From contig NC_042999.1 of the NCBI RefSeq assembly GCF_006345805.1, positions 116,064,001 to 116,128,000 of the forward strand: a DNA stretch of 64,000 bases. Reading direction: 5' to 3'. Positions 51,147 to 64,000 of this stretch are shown here, one piece after another. Position 1 is the stretch's first letter. Each line of letters starts with the position of its first letter. Under the pieces are notes generated by a model. It did no database searches and was not told the DNA's origin. It saw nothing but the letters and a program-made list of their open reading frames with translations. Source of the stretch: Octopus sinensis (taxonomy: Eukaryota). The position numbers and the translations under genes were made by a program.

Positions 51147-52043
51147 CAGGGTATGCGGGCTAAATTTGATGATTTTTTATATCTCCTTTTTTGGGGAACA
51201 GCATGATATATTGGTGAACAGTTGATGACATTGGAGCACATAATCATTAAAGTTGTAGTTGAGAAAAACTTAGCTGACATGGAGGTTGGAAGCCCTTTGA
51301 ATATTGGAAAAGAGTTACCTGTATTATGATGAACCATGCTGGGTATTAATCTACTAGCATCATGACTGATGCTCAATGATCTCTGAACACTGCAAGGACT
51401 GTAAGAAATGACATGAACACCATGAATATTAAGTTACCCAAAACTGTGGTGGCCTGTAGGTGTTTCTCCAGTGAGGGGGGATGTCATGTTGCCCCACATC
51501 TTTGAACATAGCCTTATGCTCAATTCAGATGGCTATATGTAGTACTATCAGAGTTTGACCATTGTAGTCAAACCCTGGCTAGAGTGGGTTGCTATTGGAA
51601 GGCCAGATGTGTGGCAGCAGGATCTGGCACCTTTGCCATACCTTTGGAAAGAGTCAGGAGTGGTTTTCAGAGAATTTCTACGACTTCACCAGCCCCAGTT
51701 TCTTGATTCCTAGTTCCTCTGATTGTAATCGCATGGATTACTAAGCATGGGGCATGGTTGAGAAAGAATCAAACACTCTACCAGTAACACTAAGGCTGAA
51801 CTGGTGGCCAAAATCAAGGATGTGTTCAAAGATCTTCCCAAGGACACAATGAGGAATGCATGTGCCAGGTTCCAGAGCCATCTTTAGGCTATGGTAGAAG
51901 CCGAGGGCAGCTACTTTGAGCAAACTGTTATCTTCCAGCCAAAATGTTATTGATATATTTTTTTTAATATTTTTATTTTTGGATGTGATATCGTATTTTC
52001 TTTTCCTTTAATGCAAACTGTCAAATTTAGCCTAAACACTCTA
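51147..52043 (+). mobile_element. maT (DD37D) transposon, internally deleted, with both TIRs and TA TSD
   Basis: TA-cagggtatgcgggctaaatttga ... tcaaatttagcctaaacactcta-TA. WQQD is followed by 37 residues and then D (CNRMDY), after correcting a 1-nt insertion. Confidence 0.88.
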
Positions 52044-54410
52044 TATATGATTAATATTTAATTTATTGATTTATTTGAGAAAGATAAAAAAAATGTTATG
52101 CATTCATTGTTTTTCTTTATAAGTTTCTATTTCTAGCTTCACCCCCAATTACTCCCATCCACTCTTCTATGTCTCCCTCTTTTCTATAACCCCATTCAGT
52201 CAAAGCTGCATGGTGACCTCATTATTGTTGGTGCCATGAAAAAGTACTTAGTACACTGTGTAAAGTGGTTGCCATTAGGATGGCCATCCAGTCATAGTGA
52301 CCATGCCAAAGTAGACATTGGAGTATAATGCACTCCTCAGTTTTGTCAAGTCCTGTGAAACCATTATAACTTCTACCAGAATGGAAGGTGAGCATTAAAA
52401 GGTGATGATGATGATGAAAATTCAAAGATGTGTGCATGTGTATGAACACAAGTAAATGAATGAATAAGCATATGAAAAGTAAATAACAGATTCTGAATTT
52501 CATATGTTGTTTATGGAGCAGACCTATAATCAAAAGAATTCAAGCTATGACCATCCCATTTATCCCTATTTTATTGGGTGATAGGGGGGGGGGCTGTGAT
52601 GACAGTTGTGGTGGTGGTGGTGGTGGTGGTGGTGGTGGTGGTGGGATCTAAGATTATATTACTGAAATGCGTCACTTTTTTAATATGGTGTGATTTGATG
52701 AAGACTTAGCTGCTACTTCTAGCAAGTCAAGCAAACATGTAGAAGCTTCCTTATTGACTCAAGAAAACCTTCCATTTTCTAAGTGTGTGTTGTCAGCAAA
52801 TGTTAAACTTATCAAATTTATTATGTTGTTATTCTATCTTCTAAGCATTCTTCTCCTGAGTTGAGGACAGACATATTTCTTCTTCGAGTGGATAATGATA
52901 CAAAGTAAAATCCAAAACTTTGCTACAGAAGGAAGTTTAACTTTCCAAGCATTTCTAGCCATTTACATGGCAGATAGTAATTGCAATTAAAAGTAGATCT
53001 TTATCTAGCTGTGAAATGATAAGAGTAAGTCACTGATGTATTGCAGCATTATATGCAGGAATATGGTGCATGACTAAGAAGAGCTGGTAGGTAAATCACA
53101 GATGCTTACTTTGAAACTATCTAAAAGTCCAAAAGTCCATGGAAAATTGCCAGCTGGAGTGCTGGGGGAAAGGGTTCCTCTTTGCCAACTAATTCTGAAA
53201 TGTCTTAGTAACAGAAAATACATAAAATAAATAAATATATAAAATCTTAAAAAACAAAACAAACAAACAAGACCAATTTTAAAGTAGAACAGCAATTGAT
53301 AATATCTGACTATCTATCTGACTATCTGAGAAAATCTAACAGAGTTTTAACTATGAAAACAGCATTCGTGTTTCATTAGTAGCTGGCATATCAGGTAGGA
53401 ATGAATGCTTTCAAAAATCGTTGATTCTATCACCAAATTTGAAATTCTCCAGAGTAATTCTAATAGATGGGCTGAGAGGGTAAGAGAGAAATTAGTCAAC
53501 ATGGAACCTGAAGTACATTTTAGTGGAGCCGAACTGAAAAAAGATAAGGATGAAGGTGAAAATTTCGGAGATGATGTTGAAAAAGAAGCGAGAAATTAGG
53601 AGAGATGGGGGTGGCAGAAACGACCTTGAATAAATTAAAAAAAAAAAGAAACAAAACAAAATTTGGTAGATTATGGAGAATAGTTTATCTTCTTGCACTC
53701 CAATGTATTTAACGATGTACTTGTGGTAGGTGACCCATATTTATCAGTATTGTTATGACAATTACATATCAAGTGATACTATATAAGAAATAAAATCATT
53801 TATGTTATAGATATGTGATTTGTGCCTCAGGTTGACATCTCAAGCAAGGTGTACAGAAAAAAAAATGGTGAAATCAGATTTTAAGATGCTGGAAATTACA
53901 GTAATACAATAGAGGCTTGTAGAATTATTAATAGTCTGGGGGAAATGCTTAGCAGCATTACATCCATTTCCATATTCTGAGTTCAAATTCCAGCATAGCT
54001 GACTATGTCATTCCTGCTTTCGGGGTCAATAAAATAAGTACTTGTTAAACATTGAGGTTGATGTAATTGACTTACCTCTTCCCTCTAAAATTACTGGCCT
54101 TGTGCCAAAATTTGAAATTAATATAAATGAAAGTGAAAGTAACTAGTTTTGTGCAGTACATTAGACCTATCTAACTAATGCTGGCATTGAAAAAATTGTT
54201 GAGGACAATGATGATGATTATATTGATAATGACAATGACTACAGTTTCCTGAATGACTCAATAGAGACTCTCTACATAGTCATTTGACCTCTTAGCAATA
54301 GCAACCAAATCTTGTTCAATCACACTCTACCATCTTGGAAAATAGGGACACCTTGCATAATGTATTTCTAGATACACTATACGTTAATATGCTTTGAAGT
54401 GATCATAGCT

Positions 54411-54724
54411 TCATCCTTTAGAACAATGTTCCTTCTCGAGCCACGCCTGTCTCATAAGGGCCGGTTCCTGGTTTCCTTGGCGAATAGGTTCCCCACCTGG
54501 ACGGGATGCCAGTCCGTCGCAGGTGAGCTGCAAGATGCAGGAGGAAAGAGTGAGAGAAAGTTGTGCCGAAAGAGTCGGCAGAAGTTTGCCATTACCTTCT
54601 GCCAGAGCTGCGTGGAGCTTAGGTGTTTCGCTCATAAACACACACATCAACCGGTTTGAGATTCAAACCTGTGATCCCTCGACCGTGAGTCCACTGCTCT
54701 AACCACTGGGCCATGTGCCTCCAC
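54411..54724 (-). mobile_element. tRNA SINE (head 2 + V-domain tail b)
   Basis: Homologous to 33384-33686; TSD agtgatMatagct at 54398-54410 and 54725-54737. Confidence 0.9.
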
Positions 54725-54989
54725 AGTGATAATAGCTGGAATGCCTTTAATCAGCAACAGATGTAGGACTGAACAGTCACATAGATGACTAATGTTAAGT
54801 GGTTTGTTGCAAATCTTAAAAAACAGGGTGAAAATTGTTGCTTTTTCTGATCAGCATCTAACATGACCATCAATACAAACAGAAAAGAAAAAAATATTAC
54901 TGGATTGTATTAAATGGTTTCAAATTTTGGCATGGGCTTTCTGTTTTTGGTGGTGGTAGGGAATTGATTACATCAACCCCGGTACTTAA

Positions 54990-55460
54990 TTTGGTGCCAC
55001 GTAAAAAGCACTGATGATGGAGTCATGTAAAAAGCACCCAGTATACTGTGTAAAGTGGTTGGCATTAGGAAGGGTATGCAGCTGTAGAAACCAAACCAAA
55101 ACAGAATATGCAACCCCTGCAGCGAGCTGGCAGAGGCATTAGTATGCTGGGTGAAATGCTTAGCAGTATTTCGTCTGCTATTACGTTCTGAGTTCAAATT
55201 CCGCCGAGGTCGACTTTGCCTTTCATCCTTTCGGGGTCGATAAATTAAGTACCAGTTATGCACTGGGGTCAATGTAATCGACTTAATCTCTTTGTCTGTC
55301 CTTGTTTGTCCCCTCTATGTTTAGCCCCTTGTGGGCAATTAAGAAATAAGAATATGCAACCCCTGGCCTTGCCAGTTTCTGTTAAGCTGTCTAACCCATG
55401 CCAGCATGGAAAATGGATGTTGAATATTGATGATGATGAGGATGATGTTGATGATGATGA
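54990..55460 (+). mobile_element. Family C element interrupted by SINE B
   Basis: gtgccacgtaaaaagcac..aggaagggtatgcagc, then a (gat)n tail after the insert. Confidence 0.75.
55120..55348 (+). mobile_element. SINE family B with 17-bp TSD
   Basis: TSD agaatatgcaacccctg at 55103-55119 and 55349-55365. Confidence 0.92.
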
Positions 55461-55854
55461 ACCCCAAAAGGATAAAACCAACCTCAGTGACATTTGAATG
55501 CCGAACATAAAAACAGGAAATGTGACCAAGCATTTTGTGTAGCTTGCTAAAGATTCTGCCAGTTGCCACCTTCTGGAGTATATATATAATTAGCTATGCT
55601 CTTAAAAGTATTGCTCCAACCTGATGACAATCTATCAAAACAAATAAATATATAAATAAAATAAATGAATTATGAAATAAAGAAAAAGTAAGAAAAGAAT
55701 GTGCAGAAAGGGAAAAGCCAATCTGTCATTCTTTTGTATGGATAGGAAAACTAATTTACTAGCATTGGTATATACTAACAGATATTAGCTTTGAATAAGA
55801 ATCAACAACGATGTACAAATATTAATCTGTGTACACACTGCAGAAAACATCCGG

Positions 55855-55968
55855 CATATATATATATATATATATAAAAGCAGGATGTATTTTATATATA
55901 TATATACATTTGTATGTGTGTGTATATATATATATATATATTATATAAATATACAGATATATCTTGCC

Positions 55969-56004
<36 letters not shown>

Positions 56005-56256
56005 GGCAGGATGTTTTATATATATGTATGCATATGTGTGTGTGTGTGTATATATTATATGTATGTATGTATATGTGTGTATATATGTATGTATATGTAT
56101 ATATATGTATATGTATATGTATATATATATGTATATGTATATATATATATGTATATTTATATATGTATATGTATATATATGTATATGTATATGTATATGT
56201 ATATATATGTATATTTATATATGTATATTTATATATGTATATTTATATATGTATAT

Positions 56257-56309
<53 letters not shown>

Positions 56310-56310
56310 A
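55855..56310. repeat. Long compound (TA)n/(TATATG)n microsatellite
   Basis: Directly visible; source of the Y/I/M/C-rich false ORFs. Confidence 0.95.
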
Positions 56311-56577
56311 GCAGGCACACATACACACACTTGAAAGCACTCTGATATTGGTTGGCATTATTATTTTATGCCCACTCTGCCAAAAACACTTACACAGAAA
56401 TTCTTCCTCTCTGAGAAAAACATACATGTACACAAATTTTTCTCTTTCTCATACAACCAAGGAAAAAAAGACAACAAAAACCAAAACCAAAGAACAAAAA
56501 GAAGCATGAAACATCAAACATGAAAACATCTCCATTTTTACTCTTTCAAAAAGTAAATTTCCTAATCTTTCAGACTT

Positions 56578-56614
<37 letters not shown>

Positions 56615-56869
56615 CATGTTCCCACTCATTCATCTACACACACACACACACACACACACTGCTGCCATATAATCAAAGAACATTCTTACTATCCCAGAAC
56701 AGTAATACACACACACACACACACATACATACATACATACATACATACAAACATATATACATACATACTTATATATATGTAGATATACACACCACACATA
56801 CAGTCGTCAGTACATACTAACTCAAACCAATATCCACTCCTTCAGGTGTAGCTCTGGAGTACAACTTAC

Positions 56870-56895
56870 CTGAGTAATGTTACGTGGGAGATTAC
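56870..56895 (-). other. Candidate 26-nt microexon of an unknown host gene
   Basis: Minus strand: ctgac branch point, then tcttctttcaaacag | GTAATCTCCCACGTAACATTACTCAG | gtaagt. Confidence 0.45.
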
Positions 56896-57240
56896 CTGTT
56901 TGAAAGAAGACAACTCGGTCAGTGGCCAACAACTGAGTGGTGGTGGTGTTAGTTGTTGTTGTTGTTGGTGGTGGTGGTGGCAATGGTTATACCATAGCTG
57001 TGGTGGTATTATTAGTAGTTGTGCTGTTGTTTATGTGATAGTAGGGTAATAGTGATTAATTTAACGAGGCGGTAATGGTGTTGACTGGGAGATTCTTTGG
57101 CGGGAGGACTTCATTGTTTTTGTTGTTTTGCTTATTCCTCACCCCCACACCGTGGTCAGCCCTGGTAGAGCAGATCTGTGATCCTAGATATTTCAGTTAT
57201 GACTGCGCCATCTTTTTAAGGGTCTATAGGATTATATTAT

Positions 57241-57468
57241 TTAACCCTTTAGCATTTAGATTATTCTATCAAATGAAATGCTTATTTATTTACATTACTT
57301 GAAATTAATCCTGGATTATCATGTATTTTTGAGATTTTAATGTTATAACTGTTTAATTTTAGAATGACATTGTAGGGTAGGTGTGAGAGGACAGATCTGG
57401 CCTGTTTGAACCTAAAGCAGGTAGAATATTTTGGCCGGATATGGCCGGTAGAAAAGCTAAAGGGTTAA
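57241..57468. mobile_element. piggyBac-like MITE family 1
   Basis: TTAA-CCCTTTAGC...GCTAAAGGG-TTAA. Confidence 0.9.
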
Positions 57469-57889
57469 TGTGTCCTCTCCTAAGATGATGATAGAATGTG
57501 ATTTCAGGAGCAGACTTTCGGTGTGTTTGACGGGAGAGGATAAATATAATTGACAGTGTTACCTTGTAGTGGTGGTAGTTATATTTGGGTTGCAGTTTGT
57601 TCGTTGGAAGAGCAGTAGTGATGCTGCTCTCCATGGTGTAGTTGATGGTGGTGTTGTCATCATAATAGTGGTGCTATGATGCTGACTAAACTTAACCATT
57701 TGCACAACTATTAATCTTAACACAATTAGCTTCACACATATGTATGCATCTCTGCATTAATAAACATTGATACATGATGCAAATGCATATGTTTGTGTAT
57801 GTGTACACCATACAGTTCCTCTTACATGTTCTTATTCATTCACAGAAACTACACACGCACACACAAACACAATCAAACAAGACCCCATA

Positions 57890-58110
57890 CATGGGCTTCA
57901 TGGAGGCAAGGTGGCTAAGTTCTTTTTGAGCATTGGATCTCACAGAGGCAAAGTGGCTGAGTTCCTTTCAAGCATTGGGCCTCAGGGAGGCAAAGTAGCT
58001 GAGTTCCTTTTGAGCATTGGGCTTCAGGGAGGCAAACTAGCTGAGTTCCTTTTGAGCATTGAGCCTCAGGGAGGCAAAGTAGCTGAGTTCCTTTTGAGTG
58101 TTGGGCCTTA
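57890..58110 (+). repeat. 42-bp minisatellite (about 5 units) at the 5' side of an RTE-tailed element
   Basis: Unit gggcctcagggaggcaaagtagctgagttccttttgagcatt. Confidence 0.9.
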
Positions 58111-58400
58111 TGGTGACAATAATGAGGTGTTTTGGCATTATATCATGCTTGAGAAAAAGACCCATCAAGCCAAGCAAAATCGCAGTTGTGGGAGATACTG
58201 GTGTCACGCAAATAACACCTGTGCCAGTGGCACGTACAAGCATCCATTACACTCTCAGAGTGGTTGGTGTTAGGAAGGGCATCCAGCCATAGAAAGCCAT
58301 AGCAAATCAGGTGAGTCTGATGCAGCCTTCCAGCTTACCAGCCCTGGTCAAACCTTCCAACCCATGCCATCATGGACAACGAACATTAATGATGATGATG
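58110..58400 (+). mobile_element. RTE ORF2 end plus family C 3' region
   Basis: FWHYIMLEKKTHQAK, then gtgccagtggcacgta..aggaagggcatccagc..(gat)n. Confidence 0.75.
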
Positions 58401-58786
58401 TATGAGTGTTCAACATTTGCTAGACGACCTGCACAAATGATTTGTTTATAGTGGTCATATGCCTGTGCCACACATTAGTTCATTCTCTTCATAAAATCAG
58501 TGTTGTCTAAATGGGTGCATGGTGTACTACGTGTTAGGTGATGAAGTGATCACAGAGCAATGTAAGATGAAGTGTTTTGCTCAAGAACACAATGCACCAC
58601 CCAGTCTAGGAATGAAATCATGATCACTAGATCGTGAGTGCAACACTCCAACCGCTAAGCCATATATATATATATATATACACGTACATACATGAGTGGG
58701 ATCATATATACATATATAGTGTATATTTATGTATAGAAAGGGCACAAACATATATATTTAGGTGTATATATTATATACTTATCAGG

Positions 58787-58817
<31 letters not shown>

Positions 58818-59600
58818 ACACACACTTACACATATGAGAGTAAGTCTGATATTTATATGCATGTGTACAACATCTATACCAGCGTATGAGTTTTCAGTTT
58901 TTTCTGTTTATATCTACACATTCATATGTATCACGTTTTTTTTTTATATATTGTGTATCAATCTAAATCTTTCATTTATGCTTTTATAGATTTATGCTGT
59001 AGCCTTTCAAACAATCCATAGTTCTTGTGCACTTTTGTTGAGCACTACTTAGTCAGGGTAATTTTGATGTATCCTGTGAAGTATGTTTGCATGTGTCTTA
59101 TTACTAAATTATACACACACACACACACACACACACATATGCACTCTTACTGCACCTCCTCTTCACACAAACACTCACAAAGCATGTAATATGTACTCAG
59201 GCAGTGAAGTTCAGTCAGACCTTACTTCCTGTCCAGCTGATTCCCTCTTTACTCCAACCTCTTCCTCTTCTACATTACTTAATTCTAGTGTCAACACCAA
59301 TCCTCTGCCGCCCTCTCTACTCCCACCTCACAAGACATCCTCTGCCTCTACCTTTCCCTACAACCTATGTTGTTATTGTTGTCGTTCACATATTTCTCTG
59401 CTCCTTATTTACCTGTATCTGGATATCCCCTACTCCATCTTCGATACTTTAGGCCACCACTGTCTTCTTGGGGAAGGGTCTCTGAAGGAAGAGGCAGAGG
59501 TAGAGAGTTTGTCTTCTCCATGCATCCTTGGTGACCATTTTTGAGTGGAGATATCTCTTACATGTTGTGTACATTTGTGTTTATGTACATATATGCAAGC

Positions 59601-59647
<47 letters not shown>

Positions 59648-60290
59648 GTGTGGGTGTGAGTATACAACTAAACAGTTACGTATACATGCATTCAAACTTA
59701 ACATCTCTGTCTTTCCTCTTCAAATATGTATATTTCTACTTATATGTACAGAATACCTGTAGAAATATGTGTATGCGAGGCAGAAACACAGAAATGAAAA
59801 GTTTGATTGTGTGTATATGTAACTACTTCTGCTTACATATACAAAATACAAAGGCTTGTCTACTAGACCTAGCACACTGTGTGGAGGAAACTGCTAGATG
59901 GTTCAACGAGCAGGAAGGCAGATTAGCAAGCATTGTGGAGCATGAACAGGGTACAGTGAGACACAAAGGACGCTGTATCCTGACCTATCTCTAGTTCCTG
60001 CCACTGGAATCACATAGGAAAGGATGACAGAGTGATGCAGAATGATATTGCGCAACCCTCCTTCACTTAAATCTATATGATGCACAAGTCAAGACATCAC
60101 AAAATACAGATGTACTTCTATACAAATGTCATCGTTTTTGAATCCTTCTTTCTGTACGTGCATGGGTTGGCCAGGTTTTCAAGCACCTCTTATCCTGTTA
60201 TCACCTTTATCTTCTAGTACATATAGTAACAGACAATATAGGAATTGGTGCTCTTATCACCAACCACTTTTGAGCGTGGATGCTTTAGAA

Positions 60291-60621
60291 CAGGGCTGGC
60301 CAACTTGTGGTCCACAGGCTGCATGTGGCCTGCAGACTTTTATCCTGTGGTCTGCTTGATACTTTCTTGAAATGGGTTTATTTAAACAAACATTTTAAAA
60401 ATTTTATGAAAAATTAAAGATTATAATGAAAAGTAAAAAAGAAAGATACTACTGTTTTTGCAACAATAATATTTCATGTTGAATGAACAATCATTAATTC
60501 ATTATTGTAATAATAGCATAAGAAAGCAAAATGCTTTCAATTCCATCAGTATACAACCAGCCCTCAAAAAACTTTGTGATTAAAGTGGGTCCCGCAATGT
60601 AATTCGAGTTGGCCAGGCCTG
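60291..60621. mobile_element. hAT-like MITE with 8-bp TSD
   Basis: TIR cagggctggccaact / agttggccaggcctg; TSD CTTTAGAA. Confidence 0.92.
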
Positions 60622-62689
60622 CTTTAGAAGGTACATTTACTCATGCCATTGGTACTAGAGTGGATATCTGTAGCAGCACCTAAGAATCCTCTCTGCTTCA
60701 TTTTAGTTTTTATTTGGATATATTCTTCCCTTAAAATGTAGCCAGCAATGTAGCTTGTTGAATGCAAAACTCCTTTGACTGGACCATTTTGGTTGCATTT
60801 CATGATGCCACTGGCACTAGTGAGTCCTATGCCTTTCATCATTGGTTAACATGATTGGATCTTACCTGGTGCTAAACCACAGCAATATCAGAAACCACTA
60901 CTGACATAACAGCTGTGTGACTTATTAGTGATGTTATTCTGCAAGTGGCGGCCCCTACCATTATGAAGGCCATGCAAGTTGGCAGTGTTGTGAATGCATT
61001 CTATTATGCAAAAAGGAATCTAACTGCAGTTTGTGCCCTTAATATTCATGAAAAATGTGGCAGTACTCTGGTGTTGAACTGACTTCAGTTATCTATATAC
61101 GTATATGTGTGAATGAATGTGAAGGTTTATGTGCCTGTATTTTGTGTGTATGGACAGAGATCTGGAAGCGGGGTGTACAATTATATTTAACATGTTTATG
61201 TACACTAAATATCAAAAGATTTCCGTTGTGTAAACTATCTTTGGGGAGAAATTTTCTATATAGACAACATGTGTGAAAAACACACCACTGGGCTATGAAT
61301 GATGTCATTGGACTACAAGACATGTTTCTGTGTTGTTTATGCTTCATCAGTTACAGGCACCAAGTCCATTATTCATTGCCCATTTGGCTGTTTTAGGTTT
61401 GCTGCAAATCTTATTTTCTGTTGATGAGTGTTTTACATATAGATGATATGCCTAGTCAGCTAAAGTCAAGCCTTAAGAGTTCTTCCCCAGAATAGTTTTT
61501 AAAAGCTTTTATTTTTATTTATTATTTTTTTTTTGCAATATTTGCACCATCTCAGAGCCACAGAGAAGCAGAATATGAGATGTTTACACTTTCCTGTTAA
61601 GAAATGGCCGTGGTTTCAGCTTTCGCCATGTCTTCTGGGTTTTTCTCTATTTAATTACATCAACATTTTGTACAAACTATTCTCTTCCTCCCAACTGGCA
61701 CTCCCAACAAACCTGACCTCTTTCTTATTCCCAGCCTTTAACTCTTCTCTCCTACCTATTCTCCTTCCATTAGCTCCCCTTATTCTCTAAAATTAATGTA
61801 ACACTACATCTCCAGTGACTTCTCTGAAGAGTTCCATGTTGTTTTTGTAGGCTTTGGTCAACTCTAATTAAACAAGCTTGTGCACAACAGCATCCTAAGC
61901 ATTTACTACTGGTGTTGTATATCTCAAACTCACACCATTATTGTTTAATGTCCACCTTTCCATGCTTGCATGGGTCTGACAGAATTTGTTGAGAGATTTT
62001 TTTATGCCCAGTTGTTCTTCCTGTTGCCAACCCTTACCTGTTTCCACTAGGTAATATTTGCCTGTGGATGGACATGTTTTCATGGGAGATTGGAAATTAA
62101 TGACACCACTTGAATGATATCGATGCTTGTTTAAAACTATCTTATGATGTCAATATAAAGACACATACATACACATATAGATGCATATGTGATGGGCTTC
62201 TTTCAGTTTTTTTTACAGATGGACTGTAGTAGAAGACACTTGTCCAAGGTGTCACAGAGTGGGACAGAACTCTGAACCATGTGGCTGGGAAGCAAACTTC
62301 TCAATCACACAGCCATGATTCAGTATGATTTATTTCCTTTGACTCTTTTCATACCAGCTTGCCTAAGGCTGCTCTTAGTTCTATGATACAAACTTGTCTT
62401 TTTTAAAGTGGCCTAAATTAAAACCTTTCATCAAACTTTCATGTTAGTATAGGTTCCAAACATCAGCTTAGAAATGACAAAACTGTTTTACAGACTTCTT
62501 CATTATTTAAAGATTGATTGAAAACTGGTAGTCTACTTCAACAGAAATATGATAATAAACAGGAGTACTTACGGAAAATTTGACTGTTATTTCTTTCAGG
62601 TTTTTGACTTTCCAGGGACTACACTAAGATTTTTTTTTTTATATACCCAGGCCTATTCCCCATCTTTTTTTAGGAGAGGGTAGCCACAA

Positions 62690-63414
62690 CAAGACAGAAA
62701 TTTGGAAACAACATACTGTACTGCTTGGCATTTGCACTAGCAGCTCCAATATGAACATTTCAGAGTGTTTGGGTGTCAATCTGAGGACAGTGCCATCTAA
62801 GGACATGTACCAAGTGTGATAAAAATCAAACACCCAGTCAGCATTGTGGTGTTTGGAGTAATCACCACCAATGGCGACATTATGCCTCCATTCATCTTAC
62901 CACATGGCCTCAGACTCAACATAGCAGCCTACATCAAATGCCAGGAAGAGGTACTGATGTTCTGGGTGAAGAGAGTGGCTTACTGGAATACTCTATGTCC
63001 GGCAACAGGACAAGCAGAGGAACCCAGTCATGGCTGTCAGACAATTTCTGCAGCTACATCACCCCTAACATCTGGCCACCTAACTCCCCAGACTGCAACC
63101 CTCTTGATTATTATGTGTGCGGCACAGTTGAGTGAGAGACCAACAAAACTCTTTGTAACACCAAAGATGAGGTGAAGGCAAGGATTATGGCAGCATTCAC
63201 CAACTTCAACAAGTAGGCCATCCAGAAGAGTTGCAGGAGATTCCAGAGTCATCTGGAGGCTGTGGTTGAAGCCAATGGCAATTTTATTTAATAACCTTAC
63301 TCTTTAGTATTTCAAGATATTTTTAGGTAATTTTCGTAAATATATCTATTGAGATGTCAAAGTTATTTTAATTTCTGTGTAATTTAGACGACAATTTATT
63401 CACCGCACCCTCTA
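62690..63414 (+). mobile_element. maT (DD37D-type) transposon remnant with right TIR
   Basis: KHPVSIVVFGVITTNGDIMPPFILPHGLRLN and WLSDNFCSYITPNIWPPNSPDCNPLDYY; ends caccgcaccctcta-TA. Confidence 0.88.
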
Positions 63415-63415
63415 T

Positions 63416-63490
<75 letters not shown>

Positions 63491-63666
63491 ATATGCCTGT
63501 ATGTATGTATGTATGTATGTATGTATGTATACACACACACTCACACATATATATAATATGTATATGTGTATATGTATGTATATATGTATGTGTATATATA
63601 TATATACATATGTATATATACATTGTGTGTGTGTGTATGATTATATAATACAACCCCCATATATAT

Positions 63667-63719
<53 letters not shown>

Positions 63720-63720
63720 A
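63415..63720. repeat. Compound CA/TA/TATG microsatellite
   Basis: Directly visible. Confidence 0.95.
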
Positions 63721-64000
63721 CACATGAATCTGTAGATCTTCAGTAAATATTTTATCTAACAGAACTGAGAGCTATAATCTGTGAAACAGCTGGTTTGCTA
63801 GACTCCACCCTGCCAATGTATTTATTCTTAACATTACCAATCATACTGAAACTAACTACCCAAACATAATGTATTGCGCACACACGCACACACACACACG
63901 CACACATGCCCATGCATGCAAACACATACGTACTTACATATATTCTTAATATGATTAGTATCCGGGATTTCAGCAGAAAAAGATGTGGAGAAACTGTTAA

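Noticed and set aside
55885-56509. Long Y/I/M/C/V-rich ORFs (also 28381-28749, 32018-32531, 63396-63746 and others)
   Set aside because: These are translations of TA/TG microsatellites that lack stops by composition.
57767-58273. 168-aa ORF with GGKVAEFLLSI repeats as a real protein
   Set aside because: The open frame results from a 42-bp tandem repeat inside a mobile element; there is no gene context.
59083-59544. S/T/P-rich ORF as a host exon
   Set aside because: It starts in a CA microsatellite, is pyrimidine-rich low complexity, and has no recognisable domain or convincing splice pair.
60864-61010. Minus-strand exon ending at a CAG|gtaaga donor
   Set aside because: All three frames from the plausible acceptor contain stops.
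63974-64000. Possible exon start (AEKDVEKLL) at the window edge
   Set aside because: Too short and truncated, with a poor pyrimidine tract; cannot be evaluated.

Overview
Eukaryotic, AT-rich, repeat-saturated animal DNA with no intact protein-coding gene. The SINE families, RTE LINE remnants and dense (TA)n/(CA)n microsatellites resemble an Octopus (coleoid cephalopod) genome; this is recognised from memory, not searched. Almost all ORFs in the track are microsatellite or SINE artefacts. The window holds: (1) several tRNA-headed SINE families with shuffled modules; (2) RTE LINE fragments and RTE-tailed non-autonomous elements; (3) decayed mariner (DD34D) and maT (DD37D) transposons; (4) piggyBac-, hAT- and Tigger-like MITEs, plus one unclassified long-TIR element inside a TA run; (5) a Penelope-like retroelement. 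The Penelope-like copy keeps an intact GIY-YIG C-terminus and an inverted segment carrying a minimal type I hammerhead ribozyme (34269-34318, minus). A tandem-plus-inverted fold-back array of the same family's 3' sequence lies at 26.3-27.0 kb. A strong 26-nt microexon candidate (56870-56895, minus) and pervasive CpG decay suggest the window may be intronic to a large host gene. Coordinates were read by eye, and ends of degraded repeats are approximate.
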